Of a DNA stretch of 64,000 nt, positions 42,801-52,199 are shown one piece after another. Source of the stretch: Macrostomum lignano (taxonomy: Eukaryota); the NCBI GenBank assembly GCA_002269645.1, contig NIVC01000016.1:310001-374000 (forward strand), read 5' to 3'. The notes beneath the pieces are model-generated. The model saw nothing but the letters and a program-made list of their open reading frames with translations. It searched no databases and had not been told where the DNA came from. Made by a program: the position numbers and the translations under genes. Each line of letters starts with the position of its first letter. Position 1 is the first letter of the stretch.

Positions 42801-44702
42801 CTGACAGAAAGCGAGACCCAGCTTGAATATCCCAAATCTAGGACAAAGCTAATTGTCTCAGGAAGAGAAGTAGATGAAAGAGAAGAAGAGACAGGAAAGT
42901 GTGAGAAACTATTAACTGATTATCTTCCCAGCCCCCTGAAGAAAGAACAAATTCTAGAAGCCCAAGCTGCTGACCCCATCATTAGAGCTCTATTAGAAGC
43001 TAAATCCCAGAAACTGAGCCAATTTCCCAAAACACCGGACGTGCCAGAAAAGATCAGTAAGCATTATGCACTGATGAAAATCGATAACGAATTATTAACA
43101 ATTGCCGAAGACGGAAAAACCAAAATTGTTTTGCCCCCATCCTTAGATAAAGCAGTCTTTACTGACCTTCACTGCAGCCCCCTCGCAGGACATTTAGGAA
43201 GAGATAAGACGCTCCAGAGAATCCGAGAAAGATTTTGGCGACCTGGACTAAGCACTTCAGTTGAGCAATTAATTGCTGAGTGCATCCCCTGCCTTGAGAG
43301 CAAGAAAGGACACTTTGTCCAGGCCCCAGTCCAGTCATTCCCCATTGGCGAAGCATTTAGCCGCCTGCACATAGATATTATCGGTCCAATTTCTAAAGAA
43401 AGCAAACGAGGTCATAAATATGTCCTGACAGTTGTTGATAGTACAACTAGATACCCCTTCGCTTTTCCCATTAGAAACCAAAAGTCAGACACAGTTATTA
43501 AGATACTACTTGAACGGATAGTAGCAGAATATGGACAGCCCACCTGGATCCACACAGACAATGGAAAAACTTTCGCTAGTAAACAATTTAAAGCTTTTTG
43601 CGAACTTTATAATATTCGCCACACCTTCACTACCCCCTACCATGCCCAATCTAATGGCTTAGTAGAACGGTTTAATAAGCAAGTCAAGTCAATCATCACC
43701 TGTCTGATCAATAAGGATCATGGTGATTGGGATTTACTAATTCCAGCAGCCCTAGTAGCAGTCCGCACCAGCCCCAATTCAACCACAGGTTTTTCCCCTC
43801 ACTTCCTATTATTTGGCAGAGAAGCCACCTTACCTCTAGACACTCAGATCAGAAGTACAGCAGAACACGCTGATTATCCCGCCTACATTACTAAGCATGC
43901 CGAAAGATTAGAGGAAGCTCATAAGATAGTCAAGAAGAAGTTAGAAAAAGTAGTAGAGAAAAGACAGACCGCCGCTGAAACCAATAAGCTCCCCCCGAGA
44001 GTCCCCATAGGTTGTCTAGTTTTAATTAATAACCCCCAGTTAGATAGCGAAGAATCCCACAAGTTCCACCGAAAGAAGAGATCCGCCTTTAGAGTTTTAG
44101 CCCAACTATCAGAAGTGGTTTTCAAAGTCCAGAAAGAAGAAGAAGGAGAATTAGTAGGAAAAGAAATGCTCGTGCATCGAGATAACTTAACTCCAGTCCC
44201 GAACTCAACCCCAGAACAAATCACTAAGGAAGGCCAGCGAGATGCCCCTGATTCCGCCCCTGTTCCCATCCCCACTTCCGCTAAACCTAAGAGACAACCT
44301 GTAATTAAGGAAGGCCAACCCCGCCGAAATTCCCAAAAATTAATCTTGCCCGAACCAGTTGAATCTGAAGAAGAATCCGATGAAGAAGAAATTAATTGGA
44401 GATGCCAAATTAGAGAAGCAGAGAACGAAGAGTTAGAAGAAGGAGACAATGAAATCCAGCCAGAAGAATGGAGTGAAGCCCAAGCAGAGGAAGCGAATGA
44501 AATGACCGATGAGTCAGAGAGTGAGGCCCCGAACGAAGAGATCCCTGAGCCCCAACCCCCCTCTCCTGCCCCGCGAGATCCCGAACCCCCGCGCCGTCAC
44601 CCCTACAATTTAAGGCCCCCACCCCAAAATAAACAGCGTTGCAACTGCCATCTAGACAGACTACTAATAGCACTAAACCTCTTGCGCAACTTAGAATTTT
44701 AG
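39864..44702 (+). CDS. Gypsy Pol (PR-RT-RH-IN), expressed in the -1 frame from gag
   Basis: PR LLDTGA, RT YIDD, RH DTDASD..E..D, IN HHCC (HCSPLAGHLG..CIPC) and DDE (HIDII, TDNG, VERFN). The frame is open from 39864 through ATG 40029 to 44702. Confidence 0.95.
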   Translation, partial: GKLRSQGRVKRPRPSGQNIAYSPASPSFENAPQPKYRQPPQYGFRYPRKTSHVQPMPVNNAISVSPNNFSLLAFDEIDDAMPNAPHDPHVYNDPHATTAHATASHVTNAISAHHASAPHVPTALAPHVSHAIKTNNALFSAETRSKKRQKPKPNSPSRIDLTKLEGYEAVIVGDIQKESIDFLLDTGARNNFLSRSTWSKLFRADQIRDTSKCISTFDGTPVQLEGEISAQVKFGDIQIEVDFLLCRHDCDNILGMEFFLSQCESIQLAKGMLVLNEGTCIPMQYTRLPVKVCRVYTQERAIIPANSALRIPVKLAKNCESNYGTPMTIEAIGDTVRTRDFSLEMVPTLVTMKEGKGIVEIINRHPVDVNLTKTSLIGLARPMKAKDLTYWQTPTPNPQPPAKVNQTQCTEDSWINEVSLGPELSDEQRKAVIDLMKENREAFSQNELDMGLTHLVTHEISIKDPTPVRIPARRIPPHLQKQVDAQLDDMLAKNLIRPCYSTYSTPLVIVPKKDGSIRIVSDFRVLNSRVNYYPYPLPNIQETFSHLTGSQYFSSLDLNSGYWQVPIKEEDKHRTAFSTLTRGQFEYQVMAQGLSNAPGTFQRLMNLVLLGIQHKFAMSYIDDIIAYSQNFADHLEHLREVFKRLIAAGLKLRPKKCNLFHHELKYLGHVIGRKGIQTDKTKIEAIQTWPRPKDVKELRSFLGLCNYYCRFVKNYAEVAHPLFQLTRKGVQNFQSKWSKVHDEAFESLKQRMMSTEVLAYPEYVEDENVKMVLDTDASDDRIGACLGQIQSDGIERPIAYFSRAMKESEKRYPITRKELLALVDAMRHFRFYLIGKKFLARTDHKAIIWLMRQTEATGILGRWIERLNEFRFDIEHKSGAKHSNADGLSRRPAEIAEAPEVSPEVAPELAETAPEVSEVPDAATEPAEAILETPEVSEVISENPEPIPEKVEKLTPVPLRDESAPAETKDNPMSQSPEALTESETQLEYPKSRTKLIVSGREVDEREEETGKCEKLLTDYLPSPLKKEQILEAQAADPIIRALLEAKSQKLSQFPKTPDVPEKISKHYALMKIDNELLTIAEDGKTKIVLPPSLDKAVFTDLHCSPLAGHLGRDKTLQRIRERFWRPGLSTSVEQLIAECIPCLESKKGHFVQAPVQSFPIGEAFSRLHIDIIGPISKESKRGHKYVLTVVDSTTRYPFAFPIRNQKSDTVIKILLERIVAEYGQPTWIHTDNGKTFASKQFKAFCELYNIRHTFTTPYHAQSNGLVERFNKQVKSIITCLINKDHGDWDLLIPAALVAVRTSPNSTTGFSPHFLLFGREATLPLDTQIRSTAEHADYPAYITKHAERLEEAHKIVKKKLEKVVEKRQTAAETNKLPPRVPIGCLVLINNPQLDSEESHKFHRKKRSAFRVLAQLSEVVFKVQKEEEGELVGKEMLVHRDNLTPVPNSTPEQITKEGQRDAPDSAPVPIPTSAKPKRQPVIKEGQPRRNSQKLILPEPVESEEESDEEEINWRCQIREAENEELEEGDNEIQPEEWSEAQAEEANEMTDESESEAPNEEIPEPQPPSPAPRDPEPPRRHPYNLRPPPQNKQRCNCHLDRLLIALNLLRNLEF

Positions 44703-45079
44703 CCCGTCTACACCTTCCTACCCCTCCCTCGCCGTCCCCATTCGCCCAACAGACCCCAAATTTTAGACAAAGAGAGCCCTCGACTAGACCCTTGCTATAC
44801 ACAAAGGACCCCTCGAATTATCGATCGACAAAGAAACTAGAGCCCAAAGAGCGTAGAAAAATGAGGTTGGTCACGAAAACAAGAGGACCTCCCTGGTCTG
44901 TGAACAATAGTCAGTAAATATAAGCATTTTTAGGCCGTTGCACAATCAGATCCCAAGCCTCCTGCTCTCCAAAATTCCCGAATCCTCCGCAATCATTACT
45001 GTCAAGCCCGACTTTTAAAATTTCTACTATCCAAGCGATTTTTAAGACCCTATACTGATCAAGCAATCAGTCCCCAATC

Positions 45080-46075
45080 ATGTACTCCGAGGAGAGTCTT
45101 AGGCAATTAGAGGATGACCTCCGCCTCAGCGATTCTGACGCTGATGAGTTCGACGACGAATCAGATAGCGACTTGCCTGTCCCCGAGCGCCAGCCTACGA
45201 GACCAAGTAAGCCCGGTCCCAAGCCCCGCATCGCCTCGGTTGTGACCCGTCCTCCGCCATCCACCTCAAACGCCTGCCCACCGTCATCCGCCTCAGACGC
45301 CTGTCCTCCGCCATCCACCTCAGACGCCCGCCCGTCGCCATCCATCTCGGAAGCTCGAGTAGCACTGCTCAAGCGTCACGCCGACGTGCCAGTTGCTATC
45401 TCCCCGGCCGCCATTCAACGCCAACCCCCCAACACCAAGTCGGCTATCGTTTTGAGCACGAGTGAAGCCCCGCCGCCGCCCATCCGCAAGAGACTTGGAC
45501 CCCGTCCTTCATCAGCGCAACAAGAGTCTCGACCCCGCTCCCGATCTCCGCCGAAGCAGCAGCCTGTGAAACCTCTTGTCACCCCGCCGCCGAATTATGG
45601 AGTACGGCCGATGAACCAGCCGCGTCCCCGCCCCGTTCCGCCGATCAAAATGGAGCCACTGGATTCTGGCATACCGCCCCTGATGGCCGGCTTTGTCAGG
45701 CAGGATCAGCCGCTGCGCGAAATCGGCGGTAACTTCACACAAGCTGTTGAGAGCCTGCCGGAGGCTCAGCGTGCCAGCTACCGCCGCCTGATTACGGCCA
45801 TTAAGCTGTACTTGGTTCAGGCTGGAAGGTTTCGAGACGGACGCGAATTCCCACAGCGCGAGACTCTGCGGCCAGTTTTAAATAATCTGCGCCAACTGCA
45901 GCCCGTGCACGCAGTCGCTGCTTGGAGGCGCGCTGTGCACTACGCACTATCGGACCTTCGTCGCGGCCCTCGACGTTTCAACGAGCAGAGCCTCGGCCTC
46001 GAAATTCGCTGGCTCGGCCAGGAGTGCGGCTTGCCGTATCGTAATCAACTGCCAAGCGAGTTTAATATGTTTTAG
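45080..46075 (+). CDS. Gypsy ORF3, unknown non-Env accessory protein (331 aa)
   Basis: Intact ORF between pol and the PPT with an acidic N-terminus, a Pro/Ser/Arg-rich disordered middle and a helical C-terminal domain. No signal peptide or TM segment. Shares motifs with the degenerate ORF at 54009-57620. Confidence 0.8.
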   Translation: MYSEESLRQLEDDLRLSDSDADEFDDESDSDLPVPERQPTRPSKPGPKPRIASVVTRPPPSTSNACPPSSASDACPPPSTSDARPSPSISEARVALLKRHADVPVAISPAAIQRQPPNTKSAIVLSTSEAPPPPIRKRLGPRPSSAQQESRPRSRSPPKQQPVKPLVTPPPNYGVRPMNQPRPRPVPPIKMEPLDSGIPPLMAGFVRQDQPLREIGGNFTQAVESLPEAQRASYRRLITAIKLYLVQAGRFRDGREFPQRETLRPVLNNLRQLQPVHAVAAWRRAVHYALSDLRRGPRRFNEQSLGLEIRWLGQECGLPYRNQLPSEFNMF

Positions 46076-47669
46076 TAGCATTTGACATTCATTTTGCATG
46101 CGTAAAACTTTTAGATACATCATTTTGTCTCCATAATCTACGTTTTAATTTTGTGTGTATTGTTCATTATTGCTTTATTAGTACTTTTTGAAAAATTTTC
46201 ACTCATTACTCATTCAAATTTTTCAAGCCAGGAAGGCCAATTGTAAGAGCCATTATTCCTTGCCTACTATACTTATACATTGCCTTATAAATACGACTAT
46301 TTTTTATATTCGATTGAAGAATTCTGTGCCTAATAAATATATGTTTTTAGTATTGTTAAGTAGTAAAATAGCATCAATAGTAGCTTTTAGCCTAATTCTG
46401 TGTCTTTAATTAGTTTTAATACGTACGCCATTTTTACCTGTAATACTATAAAAGAGAGAGAGAAAAATAAACGAAGGAGAACTTGCGCTCGTTGGTTTCC
46501 TCCGCCTGCCAATTTTAGACTCCGGTCTTGGCCCCAGCGGTTGTAATTGTTCCAAAAATAGATCTGAATTGGTCTTAGTCATTTAAAGGCGCTCCGCCTC
46601 CCCTCTCCCACGGAGCTTCGTACAGCCAGAAGCGTACAGGCCTCCTTTCCCCACTCTCCCCAGGACGTGCAGTCCCACCCCAAGCCGCTCCCCTTTCCTC
46701 CTCTTTCCCAGAGAATATACGTCCCGCCCCTCAATCCTCTCCCCTCTTTGTGGACATTCTGTCTGCACAGGTGTACAGCCTTATTCCCTCGGACTTACAG
46801 TCTGATCCTCCCCAAGCATCCCCGCTCCCGACCCTTCTTCGTAGAAATTTCCCACATTCATTAGGCAGATTGCCTTCTTATCTAATGCTGTCAGCATTCC
46901 CTATTAGTATTTAGAAGTTCCCCTTAGTGTGCTTTCCCAGGCAACTCTGATCCATTGCGAAGCCCTTAATTCCATCTCCCATCTATATTTCCCGGACTGA
47001 GAATAGAAACTGTGTCTTGCCGCTCGGACACACCACGCCACCAGGAGCAACCTACGGCTTACTCCTGTTAGTAGTATAAATTGCGAAGTTCGCCCCGGAT
47101 TCTAAGAAGACCCTGAAAATTCCAATAACCCTCGACTCCCCTTACAACAGATTTTGGTGTCAGAATAGGAAAACTTCCCTCCCCCAAGAACCCTATAACA
47201 AATTTGATTGCAGCAGTAAGATTCTTAGACAAAAAGACCAGAACCCTACAACAGATTTGGTAGCAGCGTTGTGATAAACCACAGGCAGAAGTTTACCCCT
47301 ACAACACAGTGAAAGTGAGTTTTCAAAGTTTTTGCTTTACTTCTTTATAAAAAAATGGATCTAGATAAGTACGCTCATAGATAAACAGATTCTGTGTGAT
47401 TTGATTCGCAAATTAAAAAAATCAGTGGATTTTTTTTGAATAATAATTTAAAGTGGCATGTCTGTTAGACAACTGTATAACGCTTTTAATTGCAAGCTCT
47501 TAGCGCGAATAAGTAAACTTAATCATTAAATTTGCATATTTAAATGAAAAATTAAAAATTAATTAAAAATTAAAAATTAAAGTAACTAGGAGTACCTTCA
47601 GCATGCTCACTGTTAATCAAAATAGTTCGCATTATAATCATAAACTACATGATGAGGGATGTGCCAAAG

Positions 47670-48441
47670 CTAAACCTTTCTTAAGTCTTTTTCATCCACC
47701 CAGCCTGTCGAATCGTAGCCGGCCCACTTGACAAGATAGCGAATTTTCCCTCTTTGCTTTTGTGTCTTCAACACTTTCTCAATCACGTATAGTCGCTGTG
47801 AGTCCGGCACCGCCTGCAGCTCGTGCTCGTGAAAGAGGCCTTGAATCTCTTCTCCCTTCATGTCTCGGATCTTGTACATGTAAGGATAATGTTTCGGAGC
47901 TTTTGCAACTACAGTGTACACTTCCTCACTCCAGTTTGCTTTGTACCCTTTTCTGAATAGCCGGGGCGCGTTAGAAATTCTTAGTTTGATTTTCACTGAA
48001 CTTTGGTTTCCTGACTTTATCCAAAGTTTCTATTGCCTTGCCATCATACAGGTTCATCCACACTTCCGACTCATTTTGCTTGCAAACATTTCTTGGCGCC
48101 ATTCTGATGCTTCTGTGAAAAGTAGCATTGTACGACTTCACTAACTTTGGTAGCACATCGATGCATGTGAGGATATACTTGTATCCGTGATTGTACTTTG
48201 CGAACGGAATCATTTCTACCAGATCCAGTTTCCACTGATCATCCATAGCTCGAACTACAATTGGTGCTCGGGGATAGTTTCTTCTTGATGGCTTGTGTAA
48301 AGTGTAAACTGCCTGTTCGTTAAGCCAATTCTTAACAGATTTTTCTCCCACTTTGATACCTTGTTTTCGAGCCTCATTCAGAAGTTTGTTGCAACCAGAA
48401 AAACAGGCAGGCTGCTCGGGATTAAAGAATATCTTTTCCAT
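47670..48441 (-). pseudogene. Polinton integrase with C-terminal chromodomain, internally deleted and frameshifted
   Basis: YTLHKPSRRNYPR..QWKLDLVEM..YKYILTCIDVL joined directly to PKLVKSYNATFHRSIRMAP; frameshift near 47985; then FRKGYKANWSEEVY..YKIRD..GLFHEHELQ..IEKVLK..YLVKWAGY. Confidence 0.9.
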
Positions 48442-48932
48442 TTGCTAAAAAAATCAACTGAGACAGCTTTCTTTCTTAAATGCTTAAGGGCCTGCGACGA
48501 AAAAAGTTTGAAAGAACAACAGTGTATTTTACATGCAGTAACATATATACGCTAAAGCAAGCATTCAGCGGAGCACAACACAGTGAGCATTTACTTCAGT
48601 GATTCGATTCAGAACAGTTACAGACAAAAGAAAGGAAACTGAGTAAAGTTTAAATGAAATCAAGTTGTTAGTCAAATTGTTGAAAATGAAGTCACGCGAA
48701 CTTCTGAATAAATTTTGATTTTTTACCACAATTTTTTTCTCGATTATTATAATTTTTATATGCGCATGGTAATCAAAGAAATACAAAATGCGAACTATCG
48801 CTGTCATTTAAAAACAAGTTCACTCATCATCTTCGTCCGAGTTCGGCAGCTCGTCGCGGGGCATCCACCTCGGCCTCTTGACCGCATCCTGCCTGCGCAG
48901 AGCCCACGGTTGCTTGCGCTTTCTGCTGTTGT

Positions 48933-49525
48933 TCACCGCAGCCGCATGAGCCCGGAATTGATACCATACCGGATCTTCTTGCAAGTTTGTGTCCTCTGAC
49001 GGGATGTAGTAACGAACGTCAGGTCTGTTGGTGAGCGGGCCTCTTCTTCACCCTCATTCGGCTCAATCTTGACGGGAAGCTTCACGGTGACCTCTTCATC
49101 ATTGTCAGATGAACTCAGCTCATAGTTCATTCGCATGCTTTGAGAGGGCTCTGCCAGCTGCTTGTCGATCCAGCCAGAAGCGTGTCACAGTTTTTGCCAC
49201 AAAAGCGGAGACAGAGGCACTGTTTTGCGTCTCAGAAACTCTTCGCAACAGTCCTCGGGCAGTCGCTTCAACCAAATTGTTCCTTGTTTAACCTCAATAA
49301 ACTTGTCAAAGCCCAATTTCACATCCTTGGTTTCACCGCTTAGAGCAGCCTTCACGAGCGAGCGCTTTACCTCCTTTAGTTTCGCCCATGCGTATTCAGA
49401 TTGAAGCCGGGAACTCCAGGCTTGAGGCTGGCGCTGCTGCCATGCCGAAAAAACTTCCTTATGGCGATGAATTTTTGCCCTTCAAATTCCTGCACCTGTA
49501 CCTTGTAGCCTTCGCCGATGTCCAT
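48933..49525 (-). pseudogene. Tandem PC4-like (ssDNA-binding) domain protein in the Polinton, with one frameshift and one nonsense codon
   Basis: MDIGEGYKVQVQEFEGQKFIAIRKFF..LKPGVPGFNL / AWAKLKE, then a second repeat LGFDKFIEVK..LSPLLWQKL*HASGWIDKQL. This matches the PC4 pattern (V.V.EFKG...IDIR.Y.....KPG.KGISL...QW..LK). Confidence 0.6.
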
Positions 49526-50715
49526 GATTCACGTGAAGTCTTCAGAGATAAAAAAGTGAAGTATGATCTTAAAAATGCTTTTCAAAGCTGGCCCTTTTAT
49601 ATCCTCATGGCGGAGTGGGGTGGGTGAATGCTAGGAAAGGGTTGGCCAGTATACATTAGCCTCCCCCACTCCAGATGCACAGCACTTCACACTGCAGGCA
49701 CAGTGCTGGGCTGATTTCAATTCAAGCAAGCATATTACAAACATAAAACAGCAGCGGCTCCACCCAATTTCAGTGGCTTTCCCTGCGACAGAGTGCACCA
49801 ACGCATTTACATAGGCGCTGTGTTCACACACTAGACAGCGATAGTTCGCATTTTTTGCAAAAAAGAAGCTCCAGGCCGAAAGAGTAAGCAAACAAAAACC
49901 TGCGAATTGGCAAATTTTTAAAAGCAAAAATGATTTTGCTCTTCTACTATGCATAAATGATTAAAAAACAGTTGCATTTCTATACCATCTCAAAAGTCAG
50001 ACACAGCCATATACATGCACAGTATACGCGCAGCACCACTATTTATTTTATTCATATGCGCTTCTCGTTTTCTGCTCCTACCGCTGCTTTATGCTTACAT
50101 GAAATCCTATACATGTAGTTGCAATGCTCATCCTTCCCCCATACCTGGTACTCAGCGAAGGCTTGTAAGTTTTAGGCGATCAGGGCTCTAGGAGCCATCT
50201 CTCCAGTACGTAAACCAGTGACGGAATTTCCACGGAATTTCCTGCGGCCGTGTTCTGCTAACTCCTACTACGTATAGCGATTCGCTGCATCTCGACTGTC
50301 TAATGACCTTGGGCATGATCGAATGACGTGCAAATCAAGTCGAACTCGCCGGATGTTACTCCTGAAATCTCACCATTCGGCATAGCTCCGTAGTTAAATA
50401 GAGGCAGAACTTCTGCCACTGTAGTTGGCTCTGCGTCAGCCATGGCGATTTCGTTTGCGTAAATGAAAGATGCAAGCAATCAAATCTGCTGTCTTTCTAC
50501 TCAGCTCTCTTATCCCTTCTGTCTCCCTTTTTATGGGGTCAAAAAACTACAGTGCTTATTAATGTCGATGTGGGCCATAGACTAAAATTTATTTAAATTT
50601 TATTGTAAAAAGTGGGAGCTTTGCCCCCACATCCCCATTATCACTCTCCCCACCTCGACTCCTTCCGGCATCAACTAATGCCATAGACGAAAGCGCATAG
50701 CAATGTTTCTACTGC

Positions 50716-50851
50716 ACTATTTTTGAGTGTTAATGTCATTACCACGCTCGCGCTAAGGGGTGTGGGGGTGGGACGGCGAGCCCCCACTAGCCTTACTAAT
50801 GCCAGGGGTGTGGGGCGCGGCGAGCTAATAACATTAACACTCAAAAATAGT
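50716..50851. other. 21-bp perfect inverted repeat enclosing a GC-rich direct repeat
   Basis: ACTATTTTTGAGTGTTAATGT (50716-50736) and ACATTAACACTCAAAAATAGT (50831-50851); internal ggggtgtgggg..cggcgagc occurs twice. Confidence 0.7.
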
Positions 50852-51072
50852 ATAAGAATATATCATTGAGGACCAAAATATCGCAAAATTTCATCCAATA
50901 AATTGGAAGAACCTGCGGGTGGAATCTGTCGGCGAAGTGACGAATGAAGAGCTTTTGGACTTCTTGAACTTTAGATACGTAAAATACTTCCGATTTTCCG
51001 ATTTTTCTGAAACTTTTAGAGGGTGTCCAAAATAATAATTAAGAAAAAAACTACAAAAAATACCCTCAGAGG

Positions 51073-51911
51073 TAACTCGAGCTCGATTTGTTAATCTATG
51101 TTATTAGTGATGTAACTCGAGCTCGATTTGTTAATCTATGTTATTAGTGATGTAACTCGAGCTCGATTTGTTAATCTATGTTATTAGTGATGTAACTCGA
51201 GCTCGATTTGTTAATCTATGTTATTAGTGATGTAACTCGAGCTCGATTTGTTAATCTATGTTATTAGTGATGTAACTCGAGCTCGATTTGTTAATCTATG
51301 TTATTAGTGATGTAACTCGAGCTCGATTTGTTAATCTATGTTATTAGTGATGTAACTCGAGCTCGATTTGTTAATCTATGTTATTAGTGATGTAACTCGA
51401 GCTCGATTTGTTAATCTATGTTATTAGTGATGTAACTCGAGCTCGATTTGTTAATCTATGTTATTAGTGATGTAACTCGAGCTCGATTTGTTAATCTATG
51501 TTATTAGTGATGTAACTCGAGCTCGATTTGTTAATCTATGTTATTAGTGATGTAACTCGAGCTCGATTTGTTAATCTATGTTATTAGTGATGTAACTCGA
51601 GCTCGATTTGTTAATCTATGTTATTAGTGATGTAACTCGAGCTCGATTTGTTAATCTATGTTATTAGTGATGTAACTCGAGCTCGATTTGTTAATCTATG
51701 TTATTAGTGATGTAACTCGAGCTCGATTTGTTAATCTATGTTATTAGTGATGTAACTCGAGCTCGATTTGTTAATCTATGTTATTAGTGATGTAACTCGA
51801 GCTCGATTTGTTAATCTATGTTATTAGTGATGTAACTCGAGCTCGATTTGTTAATCTATGTTATTAGTGATGTAACTCGAGCTCGATTTGTTAATCTATG
51901 TTATTAGTGAT
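51073..51911. repeat. Perfect 40-bp tandem array, about 21 copies
   Basis: Unit GTAACTCGAGCTCGATTTGTTAATCTATGTTATTAGTGAT; no spacers. Confidence 0.98.
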
Positions 51912-52199
51912 AATTTGATACAAACAGTTTCGGAGAATTGTTGCGTTTGAAAAAGAACTTTTTTAGAATATTAACTTTTAATCGTATATACGGGCCCGTA
52001 TTTCCAAAAATTTGATGAATTTATTCTTGAGCAACAACCAGAGGATTTGAAGCAAACGGAGTGTCTATTCTAAGTTTCATTAACTCAATTTGTTATAGTG
52101 CAGCGACAGTGCCACTTCAGTTTAGTGGTTTTAATAATGCTGACTCACGGTTCGGCACCACCCTCACCTACCGCTTTTTGATTCGTTGTCGTTCTCTCA

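Larger units (their letters stand above)
37708..47306 (+). mobile_element. Full-length, recently inserted Ty3/Gypsy LTR retrotransposon with an extra ORF3
   Basis: LTRs at 37708-38773 and 46242-47306 (TG..CA); the only differences I saw were 1 substitution and 3 homopolymer indels. 4-bp TSD CAGT. PBS TGGTGGCAGCGGTGGGATT (38778-38796, tRNA-Leu). Purine tract before 46242. Confidence 0.97.
34915..50272. mobile_element. Non-autonomous Polinton/Maverick (about 5.75 kb without the nested Gypsy)
   Basis: TIRs of about 430 bp (34915 to about 35345; about 49851 to 50272) beginning AGTAGTAGGAG; 6-bp TSD TATAGC at 34909-34914 and 50273-50278; contains a Polinton-type integrase with chromodomain. Confidence 0.9.

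Noticed and set aside
45080-46075. env gene
   Set aside because: No signal peptide, furin cleavage site, Cys-rich ectodomain or transmembrane anchor.
51073-51911. CRISPR array
   Set aside because: Identical units are directly adjacent with no spacers, there are no cas genes, and the context is eukaryotic.
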